DNA of 53,695 bases, taken from NCBI GenBank assembly GCA_964542725.1, contig CAZIVF010000002.1:1-53695 (forward strand). Reading direction: 5' to 3'. The position numbers were made by a program, and so were the translations under genes. Each line of letters opens with the position of its first letter. The stretch's first letter is position 1. Shown one piece after another: positions 45,517 to 53,695 of this stretch. The notes beneath the pieces were generated by a model. It saw only the letters and a list, made by a program, of their open reading frames with translations, had not been told where the DNA came from and made no database searches. Source of the stretch: an uncultured Subdoligranulum sp. GTDB taxonomy: Bacteria; Bacillota; Clostridia; Oscillospirales; Ruminococcaceae.

Positions 45517-46824
45517 TTATTTCGCCGTGATCTCGCACTGGACCGTGTAGCTGCCGGTGGCAAAGATCTGCGAGGAGGACGGCACCTGGATCGTGACCGG
45601 CAAGGTCTGCTGCCCTGCGGTGAGAGAGACGCTGGAGCAGTCCAGCAGTGCCTGCACACTGTCGGCGGAGAGGGCCTCGATCTTTTCCTCCGGGCCGTAG
45701 AGGGTCACGCCGTTGACCATGCTGGAGAGAATCTCCACCTCGTAGTTGCTGGGCGTGTTGACCGGCCTGATGTTGGAGATATTCAGGGTGGTGCTGGCCA
45801 TGCCGGTGGTATCAAAGCTGAGGGTGACGGTGTTGGAGCCATCCTGAGAGACAAGGCCGGTCGGCAGTTCGATCTGGCGCTGGTAGTCGCGGTCAAAGGC
45901 GAAATCCTGGGCCAGGTCAAAGCTGGTGACAGAAAGCTGCTCCAGCGCGCTGACAACGCGGGCCGGGCCGGCCACACGGAGCGTCTGCTGGCTGAGCGAG
46001 TATTTCAGGCTACTCACGTCAAAGCCCGACGGGATGCCGATAAAGTCCACCGACAAGGGCAGTTCCCGCACCTGGTAGATGGTCAGGGTGACATTGGCGG
46101 TCTCGGTATCCATCGAGGTATAATCGGGGATGATTGTCTCCCCGTTCTCCCCCCGGAGTTCCAGGGTGGCAGGCAGGGTGGTGGTGTCGGAGATCATATC
46201 CCCGGCGACCACCGGCGCCACCACGCTGGTGATACGCTCCAGTTCGCTGGTGGGGCCGCGCAGCGTGACCTCGTTGGGGGCGGCGGTGCTCTTGTTGAGG
46301 ATATAGCCGTCCGCAATGGCAATGCCGGAGGTATCGGCCACCACGGGCAGCGTCTTGGTGCTGACCTCGTCAAAGACCACCTTGACGCTCTTGGGGAATT
46401 CCACCGTGACCTCGATGTTGCCGGGGTAATCGGTGGTGTTGGTGATGCGGGCGTTCAGCTTGCAGGTGAATTCGCCGGCGCCGTTGACATTGGCGTAGCT
46501 GGGGTAGACCATGATGTCGTCCTTGCCGATATCACCGATGACGGTGCCGTTGCCCTCCACTTTAACCTGGACCCGGGCGATCTCCTCCGTCTGGATAATG
46601 TCCAGCCCCTGCTCCGTGTAGGTGGCCGCGCCGTTGGCGTAGTTTATCTCGGTTACATCGACGGTCTGGGTGCTTTGGGGGTCAAAGTACATCGAAACAA
46701 TCATCCAGGCAAAAAAGCCGCAGAGCAGCGATGCCACGATGAGAAAGACCTTATTATCCAGCAGGGAGCCGCGGCGAACCTCCGGCGTTGGGTCGGCGTT
46801 ATTGGGCTGGGGCATTGTCTGCAC
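45517..46824 (-). CDS. cdaR: CdaR/YbbR-like regulator of diadenylate cyclase
   Basis: N-terminal TM followed by repeated YbbR-like domains (V...GP), directly downstream of cdaA. Confidence 0.8.
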   Translation of the reverse strand: MQTMPQPNNADPTPEVRRGSLLDNKVFLIVASLLCGFFAWMIVSMYFDPQSTQTVDVTEINYANGAATYTEQGLDIIQTEEIARVQVKVEGNGTVIGDIGKDDIMVYPSYANVNGAGEFTCKLNARITNTTDYPGNIEVTVEFPKSVKVVFDEVSTKTLPVVADTSGIAIADGYILNKSTAAPNEVTLRGPTSELERITSVVAPVVAGDMISDTTTLPATLELRGENGETIIPDYTSMDTETANVTLTIYQVRELPLSVDFIGIPSGFDVSSLKYSLSQQTLRVAGPARVVSALEQLSVTSFDLAQDFAFDRDYQRQIELPTGLVSQDGSNTVTLSFDTTGMASTTLNISNIRPVNTPSNYEVEILSSMVNGVTLYGPEEKIEALSADSVQALLDCSSVSLTAGQQTLPVTIQVPSSSQIFATGSYTVQCEITAK

Positions 46825-47692
46825 CTCCTTTGGCTTTCATCCGCTGCCAGAAGGAGACGGGCTTCTCCTCCTCGTCCTCCGGCGGGATGATCTCCTCCTG
46901 CAGGAGATTGTACAGGTTTTGGCGGTCAAGGCGGCGGATCAGCACGCCGTTCTTCGCCAGCGAGATGATGCCGGTTTCCTCACTGACCACCACCACGATG
47001 GCGTCGGAGTTTTCGCTCATACCCAGGCCTGCCCGGTGGCGGGTCCCCATATCCTTGCCCATCTGCAGGTTGTTGGACAGGGGCAGCACACAGCCCGCCG
47101 CCACGATCACGCCGTCGCGGATCACCACCGCGCCGTCGTGAAGGGGGGTGCCTTCATAGAAAATGGTTCCCAGCATTTCCGGGATGACGTTGGCGCGGAA
47201 GGGGGTTCCGGTGCGGATGATCTCGTCCAGGTTGTTGCTGCGTTCCAGCACCATCAGGGCGCCGGTGCGGGTATCGGACAGCTGCTCGGCGGCGTCGCAG
47301 ATGGCGACGACGGCGCTCTGCCACACCCCGCGCAGCGAGGGATCGTCCCGCCGGTTCCAGAACATCTTGCCGGCCCAGCTGGTGGTTTGGCCCATCCTTT
47401 CCAGGGTGCGGCGCAGTTCGGGCTGGAAAATGATAACCGCCGAGGTCAAGCCGATGGTGATGACGTTTTGCAACACCCAGTTGACGGTGCGCAGGTTCAT
47501 CGCGCTGGCCAGGGCGTAAAACGCCAGGATCAGCACCAGGCCCTTGATCAGCTGCCCTGCGTGGGATTTGCGGGCAAAGACGAACAGCTGGTAGAACGCG
47601 AAGGAGACGATGAGAATATCAATCGTATCCCTCCACGGGTCAAAGACGCGCAGATTTTTCAGTATCTCGCTGATCAGTTCATTCTGGAACAT
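46799..47692 (-). CDS. cdaA: diadenylate cyclase CdaA
   Basis: 3 TM helices, FQPELRR.LE, TPLHDGA, GTRHRA, VSEETG. Confidence 0.95.
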   Translation of the reverse strand: MFQNELISEILKNLRVFDPWRDTIDILIVSFAFYQLFVFARKSHAGQLIKGLVLILAFYALASAMNLRTVNWVLQNVITIGLTSAVIIFQPELRRTLERMGQTTSWAGKMFWNRRDDPSLRGVWQSAVVAICDAAEQLSDTRTGALMVLERSNNLDEIIRTGTPFRANVIPEMLGTIFYEGTPLHDGAVVIRDGVIVAAGCVLPLSNNLQMGKDMGTRHRAGLGMSENSDAIVVVVSEETGIISLAKNGVLIRRLDRQNLYNLLQEEIIPPEDEEEKPVSFWQRMKAKGGADNAPAQ

Positions 47693-47839
47693 GGCCCGCA
47701 GGCCCCCCCTCTGCCGGCAAATGCTCTGCGGCATCGCCATGGCATCTATTGCAGCCTTGTAACGCAAGGTTTCACCGCCGCCCGCCCCGTGAATACGGCC
47801 GCCGGCAGGGCGGCGGGGGCATCGCGCGGTTTTCTTATA

Positions 47840-47868
47840 AGTATAGCACAAAAAGCGGCGGCTGTGAA
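47840..47868 (-). promoter_or_regulatory. sigma-A promoter of cdaA
   Basis: minus strand TTCACA-17-TATACT with extended TG. Confidence 0.65.
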
Positions 47869-47890
47869 CAGCTTTTTTGCCCGCCGCCCC

Positions 47891-49012
47891 TTATTGCAGC
47901 AGGGCTACGGCGTGGGCGGCGATCCCCAGCCCCTCCCCGGTGAATCCCAGATGCTCCTCGGTGGTGGCTTTGACGCTGACATTCTCCACCGGCACGCCCA
48001 GCGCGGCGGCAATGTTCTGCCGCATGGCGGGAATGTGGGGCGCCAGCTTGGGCCGCTGGCATAGGATGGTGGCGTCCACGTTCCCCACCGTGTAGCCGTG
48101 CCGCCGCAGGATGGCGGCCACCTCCCGGGTCAGCTCCAGGGAATTCGCCCCCTTGTAAGCGGGGTCGGTATCGGGGAAGTGCTGGCCGATATCCCCCAGC
48201 GCCGCCGCTCCCAGAAGCGCGTCCATCACGGCATGCAGCAGCACGTCGGCGTCGGAGTGGCCCAGCAGCCCCTTCTCGCAGGGAATCTCCACCCCGCCCA
48301 AAATCAGTTTACGGTCCTCCACGAGGCGGTGGACATCGTAGCCATGGCCGATTCGCATGGTGCTCTCCCCTTTCAGGTCGTCTTTTGTGGTGATCTTATA
48401 GTTGGCGTAATCGCCCTCCGTCAGCTGGACCGGCAGGCCGGCCAGTTCAAACAGGCTGCAGTCGTCTGTGACCAGGCGCGCCCGCTCGCCGGCAACCGCC
48501 TCCAGCGCCTCAAGATACAGGCGGCGGCGGAAGCATTGCGGGGTCTGCACCGCAAACAGCGTCCCCCTGTCCGGCGTGGCGCGCACCTTTTGATCCGGCG
48601 CGGCAATCTTGATGGTATCCTTCACCGGTACGGCGGGGGCGGCGGCGCCGGTGCGGGCGGCGGCCTCCAGCGCGGCGGTGATGACAGCCTCGCTGACAAA
48701 GGGGCGGGCGGCGTCATGGATGGCCACCAGTTCCCCCCGGGCGGCGGCCAGGCCGCTGCGCACGCTGTCGGCCCGGGTCTCGCCCCCCGGCACGACGGCG
48801 CAGGGCTTGGGGCAGGCGGCGGCGATGGCCTCGCAGGCGGCGCGGTTGGCCCCCGCCACCAGCACCAGCTGGGTGACGGCGGGGTGACCCGCCAACGCGG
48901 CGGCGCTGGTCTCCAGAACGGTGCGGCCGTCCGGCAGGCGGTGCTGCAGTTTGTCGAACCCCATGCGGCGGGATGCTCCGGCCGCAACAAGGATGGCGGT
49001 GGTGGTCAGCAT
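47891..49012 (-). CDS. ispDF: bifunctional IspD/IspF (MEP pathway)
   Basis: [24 protein letters not shown], then [21 protein letters not shown]. Confidence 0.93.
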   Translation of the reverse strand: MLTTTAILVAAGASRRMGFDKLQHRLPDGRTVLETSAAALAGHPAVTQLVLVAGANRAACEAIAAACPKPCAVVPGGETRADSVRSGLAAARGELVAIHDAARPFVSEAVITAALEAAARTGAAAPAVPVKDTIKIAAPDQKVRATPDRGTLFAVQTPQCFRRRLYLEALEAVAGERARLVTDDCSLFELAGLPVQLTEGDYANYKITTKDDLKGESTMRIGHGYDVHRLVEDRKLILGGVEIPCEKGLLGHSDADVLLHAVMDALLGAAALGDIGQHFPDTDPAYKGANSLELTREVAAILRRHGYTVGNVDATILCQRPKLAPHIPAMRQNIAAALGVPVENVSVKATTEEHLGFTGEGLGIAAHAVALLQ

Positions 49013-49300
49013 AACGCATCCTCCCCTGGCAGATCGTTTGGGGCCTGCGGCCCACAGATGATTTTATTATACAGGGTGCCGCCAAAAAAATCCACCGTTT
49101 TGGCCGGTTTTTCACAGGAAAGCGGCACAAAAAATGCCCGGCGCAAAAGCGGAGCGGGCATAAGGGGACTTTGGTTCTGCCGTGCCAGCAGAAAAATCGC
49201 GCAGCACCGAAAACCGCAGGGGCGCACGGGTCCACAGTTGAACGAAGTTTGCGGCGGGGCTTCCCTTGTGGGAACCCCGCCATGCCGGGCGCGGCTGAAT

Positions 49301-49957
49301 TCACTTTTTTTGGCCAAAACGGTACTCGGTCCCGTCGCGCAGGCGCTGGATGTTGCTTCGGTGCATCCAGATGACCATAACGCCCATGACGGCGGTGCAG
49401 AGGCCCGAGACCGCCAGCGTAGGCAGATTGGCCCCCTGCCAGGCCAGATAGCAGACGGTGACTACCGGGTACAGCCCGGCGATGATAATGCTCCCCAGCG
49501 AGACAATGCGGGTGATGGATACCTCGACGAGGAAGATCGCCAGCAGGCCCAGGCAGACCAGCGGTTCGGTGGCCAGGGCCGAGCCGGCCCCCACCAACAC
49601 GCCCTTGCCGCCCTTGAAGCCGAAGAACACCGGCTTGCAGTGGCCTATGACCGCAAAAATCCCGGCCAGGTACGCCCCGCATACAGGGTCCAGCGGGGAA
49701 TTGGGCAGCAGCGCCGCCATGATGGCCCGGCCAAGGAATACCACTGCCACGCTTTTTCCCACGTCGCCCACGGCGGTAGCGGCGGCGGCTCCTTTGCCGT
49801 AGTTGCGCAGCATATTGGTCATGCCAGCGTTGCCGCTGCCGTGGGTGCGCACATCGTCGTGGTAGAACACCTTAGAGATCAGCACGCCGAAAACGACGCC
49901 CCCCAGCAGATACCCTACCAGGGCCGTCAGAACAAAAGCTGCAAGATACTGTACCAT
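49301..49957 (-). CDS. plsY: glycerol-3-phosphate acyltransferase PlsY
   Basis: GSGNAGMTN..R, GH..P.FFGFKGGKG, HRSNIQRL. Confidence 0.93.
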   Translation of the reverse strand: MVQYLAAFVLTALVGYLLGGVVFGVLISKVFYHDDVRTHGSGNAGMTNMLRNYGKGAAAATAVGDVGKSVAVVFLGRAIMAALLPNSPLDPVCGAYLAGIFAVIGHCKPVFFGFKGGKGVLVGAGSALATEPLVCLGLLAIFLVEVSITRIVSLGSIIIAGLYPVVTVCYLAWQGANLPTLAVSGLCTAVMGVMVIWMHRSNIQRLRDGTEYRFGQKK

Positions 49958-49969
49958 AGCGTTCCCCTT

Positions 49970-51301
49970 TCAGCGGGCCGAGCCGTCGCCGTGCTCGCGG
50001 GTGATCATCCGCACCGGCGTGCCGGTGAGACCGAAGGTTTCCCGAATCTGGTTTTCCAGGTAGCGCTGGTAGGAAAAGTGGAACAGCGCCTTCTGGTTGA
50101 CGAAGCAGACGAACGTGGGGGGCCGGGTGGAACTTTGGGTGATATAGAACACCTTGAGCCGTTTGCCTTTATCGGAGGGCGGCTGCACCCGGGCGGTGGC
50201 GCGGGCCAGCATCTCGTTGAGGGCGCCGGTGGGGATGCGGGTGCCGTTTTGAATATCCACAAAATGAATCGCCTCAAACAGCTTATCCACCCGCTGCCCG
50301 GTCTTGGCCGAGATAAAGACGATGGGCGCGTAGGACATGAAACTGAAGTCCTCCTGCAGTTGTCTGCGCATGGCGTCCATGGTGTAGCTGTCTTTCTCCA
50401 CCGCGTCCCACTTGTTGACGGCGATGATGCAGCCCTTGCCCTGCTCGTGGGCGTAGCCCGCCACCTTGGAGTCCTGTTCGGTGAAGCCGACGGTGGCATC
50501 GATCATGATGACGCAGACGCGGCTGCGCTCGACGGCGGCCAGGCTGCGCAGCACACTGTACCGCTCAACGCCGCTCTCCACCCTGCCCTTTTTGCGAAGG
50601 CCGGCGGTATCGGTAAAGATGAACCTGCCGTGCTTGTTGTCCACCAGGGTGTCGATGGCATCCCGGGTGGTGCCGGCCTCGTTGGCGACGATGAGGCGGT
50701 TTTCGCCCAGGATATAGTTGATGAGACTGGACTTACCCACGTTGGGGCGGCCAATGACCGCCACCGGGATGCGGTCGCTCTCTTCCTCCTCTTCCCCGTC
50801 AAAGCGCAGATGGGCGCAGACGGCATCCAGCAGGTCGCCGGTGCCGTGGCCATGCACGCCGGAGACGGGGACAAGTTCCCCCAGCCCCAGCGAATAGAAC
50901 TCGTACAGTTCCATCGGCGGCTCCCCGATTTTATCGCATTTGTTCACCGCCAGCACCACCGGCTTGCCGCTGCGCATCAGCATCCCGGCAATATCCTGAT
51001 CCTGGGGGGTCACGCCCGCGCCCAGTTCTGTGACCATGACGATGCAGTCCGCCGAGTCGATGGCCATTTGGGCCTGTTCCCGCATATGGGCCAGCATACC
51101 GTCGTCAATGCGCGGCTCAATGCCGCCAGTGTCCACCAGCAGGAATTTGTGGCCGCACCACTCGCAGTCGCAGAAGATGCGGTCACGGGTCACGCCGGGG
51201 GTATTCTCCACAATCGCAAGGCGCTGGCCGGTAAGTTTGTTGAAGATCGTGGACTTGCCCACATTGGGCCGCCCCACAATGGCAACAATAGGTTTTGCCA
51301 T
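49970..51301 (-). CDS. der: ribosome biogenesis GTPase Der
   Basis: two GRPNVGKS G-domains, DTGG/DTAG, NKCD/NKWD, C-terminal KH-like domain. Confidence 0.97.
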   Translation of the reverse strand: MAKPIVAIVGRPNVGKSTIFNKLTGQRLAIVENTPGVTRDRIFCDCEWCGHKFLLVDTGGIEPRIDDGMLAHMREQAQMAIDSADCIVMVTELGAGVTPQDQDIAGMLMRSGKPVVLAVNKCDKIGEPPMELYEFYSLGLGELVPVSGVHGHGTGDLLDAVCAHLRFDGEEEEESDRIPVAVIGRPNVGKSSLINYILGENRLIVANEAGTTRDAIDTLVDNKHGRFIFTDTAGLRKKGRVESGVERYSVLRSLAAVERSRVCVIMIDATVGFTEQDSKVAGYAHEQGKGCIIAVNKWDAVEKDSYTMDAMRRQLQEDFSFMSYAPIVFISAKTGQRVDKLFEAIHFVDIQNGTRIPTGALNEMLARATARVQPPSDKGKRLKVFYITQSSTRPPTFVCFVNQKALFHFSYQRYLENQIRETFGLTGTPVRMITREHGDGSAR

Positions 51302-51353
51302 GCCGATCCCTCCTTTGATTTGTCGCGGGGTGCGCCGGGCCGGATGCGCGGTC

Positions 51354-52694
51354 TCACCCCTTGGTTCGTGTGTGTATCGATAGTTTGCGCCGGCCGCCCC
51401 GCAAATAGGCGCGACAGCAGCCTGCGCCGTCGGTAGGGATGCAGATGACCCGGCAGCCCAGGGCCTCGGCCAGCTGATCCAGCGTAATATCGTCAAGAAA
51501 GCGATCCTTTTCGTCCCGCAGCATCACCTCCGGCACCGCCAGGGTGCCGCTTTGCAGCCTGCCGCGGCACTGCTTGATGATGTCGGTGCCGGTGACAAGC
51601 CCTGCCACGCTGACGTTGCCGCCGAAGAAGTCGTTGCGGATGGCGTGGACGGTGATCCCCACTTGGGGGTAGCGTTCCCGCAGCTTGGCGGCCATATCGC
51701 TGATGAGCGGCGCGGCCAGCGTGCCGGTGACTACATCCAGCGCATGGGGCAGCACCGGGGGGCGGGGGGCCTCCAGTTCCTCCAGGAAGGTATCATGGTA
51801 TTTGCGCCACATCCCCACGCCGTCCTCCAACTGGGCGTACTCGTCATAGAATTCCGCTTCCGGCAGCGGGCGGCCCGCCGTCAGGTACCATTCGTCGCTG
51901 GGGTAGACGATGCTGCGCCCATATTCGGCGCGGCACCGCAGGCTGTAGCCCTCCAGGATATCCAGCGCGGCGGCGGCGGTTGCCCGGTCGTAAGGTTCCA
52001 GATGATACAGCCCCTTGCGGTAGGCTGTGATCCCTGCGGGTACGGCGGCGATGCTTCCCACCCGGGGGCGCAGCGCCAGCAGATCGTCCAGCGTGCGGCG
52101 CAGCTCGTCGCCGTCGTTGACGCCCCGGCAGAGCACCAGCTGGCAGTTGATCTCAATACCGCCCTTAGCGAGCTTTTCCAGGTAGGCCAGCGACTCCCCC
52201 GCCCGTTTGTTGGCCAGCATCCGCACCCGCAGCGCCGGGTTGGTGGTGTGGACCGAGACAAAGATGGGGCTGATGTGCATCTCGATGATGCGGTCTATCT
52301 CCCGGTCTGTTAGGTTGGTCAGCGTGATGTAGTTGCCGAACAGGAAGGAGAGTCGCTCGTCGTCATCCTTAAAGTACAGCGTCTCCCGCATGCCGGGGGG
52401 CAGCTGGTCGATGAAGCAGAACATGCAGTGGTTGGCGCAGCTGTGCTTGGCGTCGCCCAGGTAGGTTTCAAAGCTGCACCCGAACGGCTCATACTGGGAT
52501 TTTTCCACCGCCAGCGTGCGGGGTGCGCCCTCCTGGCAGAGCGTCAGGGTAAATTTTGGCGCAGCGCTGTAAAATTGGTAGTCCAAAGCGTCGCGCAGCG
52601 GCTTGCCGTCGATGGTCAGCAGCGAGGCGCCGGGAAGGATGCCCAGCCGCTGGGCCGGGGAATCGTCGTCGACCTTCGTTACCTGCAGGGGCAT
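51354..52694 (-). CDS. DUF512 domain radical SAM-like protein with N-terminal PDZ-like region
   Basis: CANHCMFCFIDQLP, LYFKDDD.RLSFL.GNYITLTN, QLEDGVG, FFGG.V.VAGL. Confidence 0.88.
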   Translation of the reverse strand: MPLQVTKVDDDSPAQRLGILPGASLLTIDGKPLRDALDYQFYSAAPKFTLTLCQEGAPRTLAVEKSQYEPFGCSFETYLGDAKHSCANHCMFCFIDQLPPGMRETLYFKDDDERLSFLFGNYITLTNLTDREIDRIIEMHISPIFVSVHTTNPALRVRMLANKRAGESLAYLEKLAKGGIEINCQLVLCRGVNDGDELRRTLDDLLALRPRVGSIAAVPAGITAYRKGLYHLEPYDRATAAAALDILEGYSLRCRAEYGRSIVYPSDEWYLTAGRPLPEAEFYDEYAQLEDGVGMWRKYHDTFLEELEAPRPPVLPHALDVVTGTLAAPLISDMAAKLRERYPQVGITVHAIRNDFFGGNVSVAGLVTGTDIIKQCRGRLQSGTLAVPEVMLRDEKDRFLDDITLDQLAEALGCRVICIPTDGAGCCRAYLRGGRRKLSIHTRTKG

Positions 52695-52749
52695 GGCGGC
52701 TGGCACCTCCTTTTTGTGCGTCCCGCGCCGCGCCCTTGGCGGGGCGGCA

Positions 52750-52829
52750 AGGAAACCTCTGAACAAACCCCGTCCTTCGGGCTTGGCACGCGTTTTGGGC
52801 AACCTGCGCAGGATCTATGCAGAGCCCCC
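52750..52829. repeat. degenerate REP/MITE-like intergenic element
   Basis: The left end AGGAAACCTCTGAACAAACC and right end TGCGCAGGATCTATGCAGAG resemble the arms of the 16338-16382 palindrome. Confidence 0.45.
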
Positions 52830-52874
52830 AACAACAAAAAAGGGAAGGCGCGCCGCCCTCCCCTTGCTGGAGGC

Positions 52875-53060
52875 TTACGCCTCCTTCTTGATGACTTCCT
52901 GACCCTTGTAGTAGCCACACTTGCCGCAAACCTGGTGGGGAACCTTCAGTTCACCACACTGCGGGCATTTCACCAGCGTAGGCGCCTCCAGTTTCCAGAC
53001 GTTAGAGCGACGTTTGTCGCGGCGGGCTTGAGAATGTTTTCTCTTCGGTGCAATAGCCAT
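52875..53060 (-). CDS. rpmF: 50S ribosomal protein L32 (zinc-binding type)
   Basis: MAIAPKRKHS..RRDKRR, CPQCG...HQVCGKCGYY. Confidence 0.97.
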   Translation of the reverse strand: MAIAPKRKHSQARRDKRRSNVWKLEAPTLVKCPQCGELKVPHQVCGKCGYYKGQEVIKKEA

Positions 53061-53085
53061 AATCGGACACCTCCTTGGTGAAAAT

Positions 53086-53586
53086 TCAACTGAGCAGTTG
53101 TTTTAATATGCTAAGCCGGGCATCTGGTAGGGCGGCATCTTCCGCCGGTTGGCAGGTACATCCCGCCGCACGCTTTTTGCCACAGATGGGGCATAGACCC
53201 AAGCAGTCGGGGCTGCACAGCAGCACCCGCGGGACCTCAAGAATCAGTTCCTGATAAACGAGTTCCTCTATCTCCATGCATCCCTGCGCGTCCAGAGGCA
53301 GCTCGCAGTCCGGATCGTCCAGATCACGGAGGCGCACCGTGTAGACGCGGGTAAACTCATACTGTTCTTTGACCGGGGCCAGGCAGCGGCCACATTCCGC
53401 CTCCACCGCGGCATGCACCTGCAGCGTCATCCCGGCGCCGTCCGGCGCAGGCACAGCCTCAAACGTGCAGTCGGCAGGGGCCGGCACGCGGAAGCCGTCA
53501 AAGTCCCTCCCGCCCAGGTCAACGGCCAGACGCACAGAGTAGGGCTTTTTGGCGCTTTGCAGAAAGCTTCGCAGGTCAAATGGCAT
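53086..53586 (-). CDS. YceD/DUF177 family protein
   Basis: CGRCL, LCSPDCLGLCPICG...C.C, D.RL..LK. Located upstream of rpmF. Confidence 0.9.
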   Translation of the reverse strand: MPFDLRSFLQSAKKPYSVRLAVDLGGRDFDGFRVPAPADCTFEAVPAPDGAGMTLQVHAAVEAECGRCLAPVKEQYEFTRVYTVRLRDLDDPDCELPLDAQGCMEIEELVYQELILEVPRVLLCSPDCLGLCPICGKKRAAGCTCQPAEDAALPDARLSILKQLLS

Positions 53587-53618
53587 AGTTTCAGTTCACC
53601 TCAAAAGGTTGCCTAAAT

Positions 53619-53647
53619 AGTATACACAAGCTGCGGGGGCTTGTCAA
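53619..53647 (-). promoter_or_regulatory. sigma-A promoter of yceD-rpmF
   Basis: minus strand TTGACA-17-TATACT with extended TG. Confidence 0.8.
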
Positions 53648-53695
53648 GTCAAAAAGCACAAAAAGAGGTGCGAATTTTTGTTTTTACGGCGAAGA

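Noticed and set aside
49125-49300. Hairpin-rich region after plsY as a possible sRNA or tRNA
   Set aside because: No cloverleaf or T-loop motif and no clear promoter; best explained as a 3' UTR plus terminator.
48098-51436. 1112-aa + strand ORF, and similar long shadow ORFs such as 34263..36317, 37802..39631 and 24927..26936
   Set aside because: They lie antisense to clearly identified genes and have low-complexity G/A/R-rich translations expected in high-GC DNA.

Overview
This is a GC-rich chromosomal window from a Bacillota (Clostridia) bacterium, probably Oscillospiraceae/Ruminococcaceae-like; the taxonomy is inferred from gene order and codon style. Most of it is core genome. It includes htpG under a tandem CIRCE operator, a nucleoside salvage/uptake locus (deoD, cdd, two BMP lipoproteins, an ABC transporter, pdp) and the mazG-hup-yabOPQ-divIC-yabR block. 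A long minus-strand run covers yceD, rpmF, DUF512, der, plsY, ispDF, cdaA, cdaR, an FAD oxidoreductase, an xpaC-like gene, recJ, rel, DUF6311, dtd, an MBL hydrolase, hemZ and a nucleoside kinase. Accessory-looking parts are a two-component system with a LanFEG-like ABC transporter, two probable GT-C membrane proteins, a NYN-LOTUS nuclease and an internally deleted alpha/beta-hydrolase remnant. I saw no rRNA, tRNA, CRISPR array, transposase or phage genes. The best candidate for an undescribed system is the compact operon at 1894-3869. It encodes a membrane zinc-ribbon protein, a DUF5685-like protein with two Asp-rich motifs resembling class I isoprenoid synthases, and a J-domain/TPR protein with a hydrophobic Cys-string tail ending in CC. 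A family of short degenerate intergenic palindromes (REP/MITE-like) also recurs. All family assignments are from motif recognition by eye; no database searches were run.
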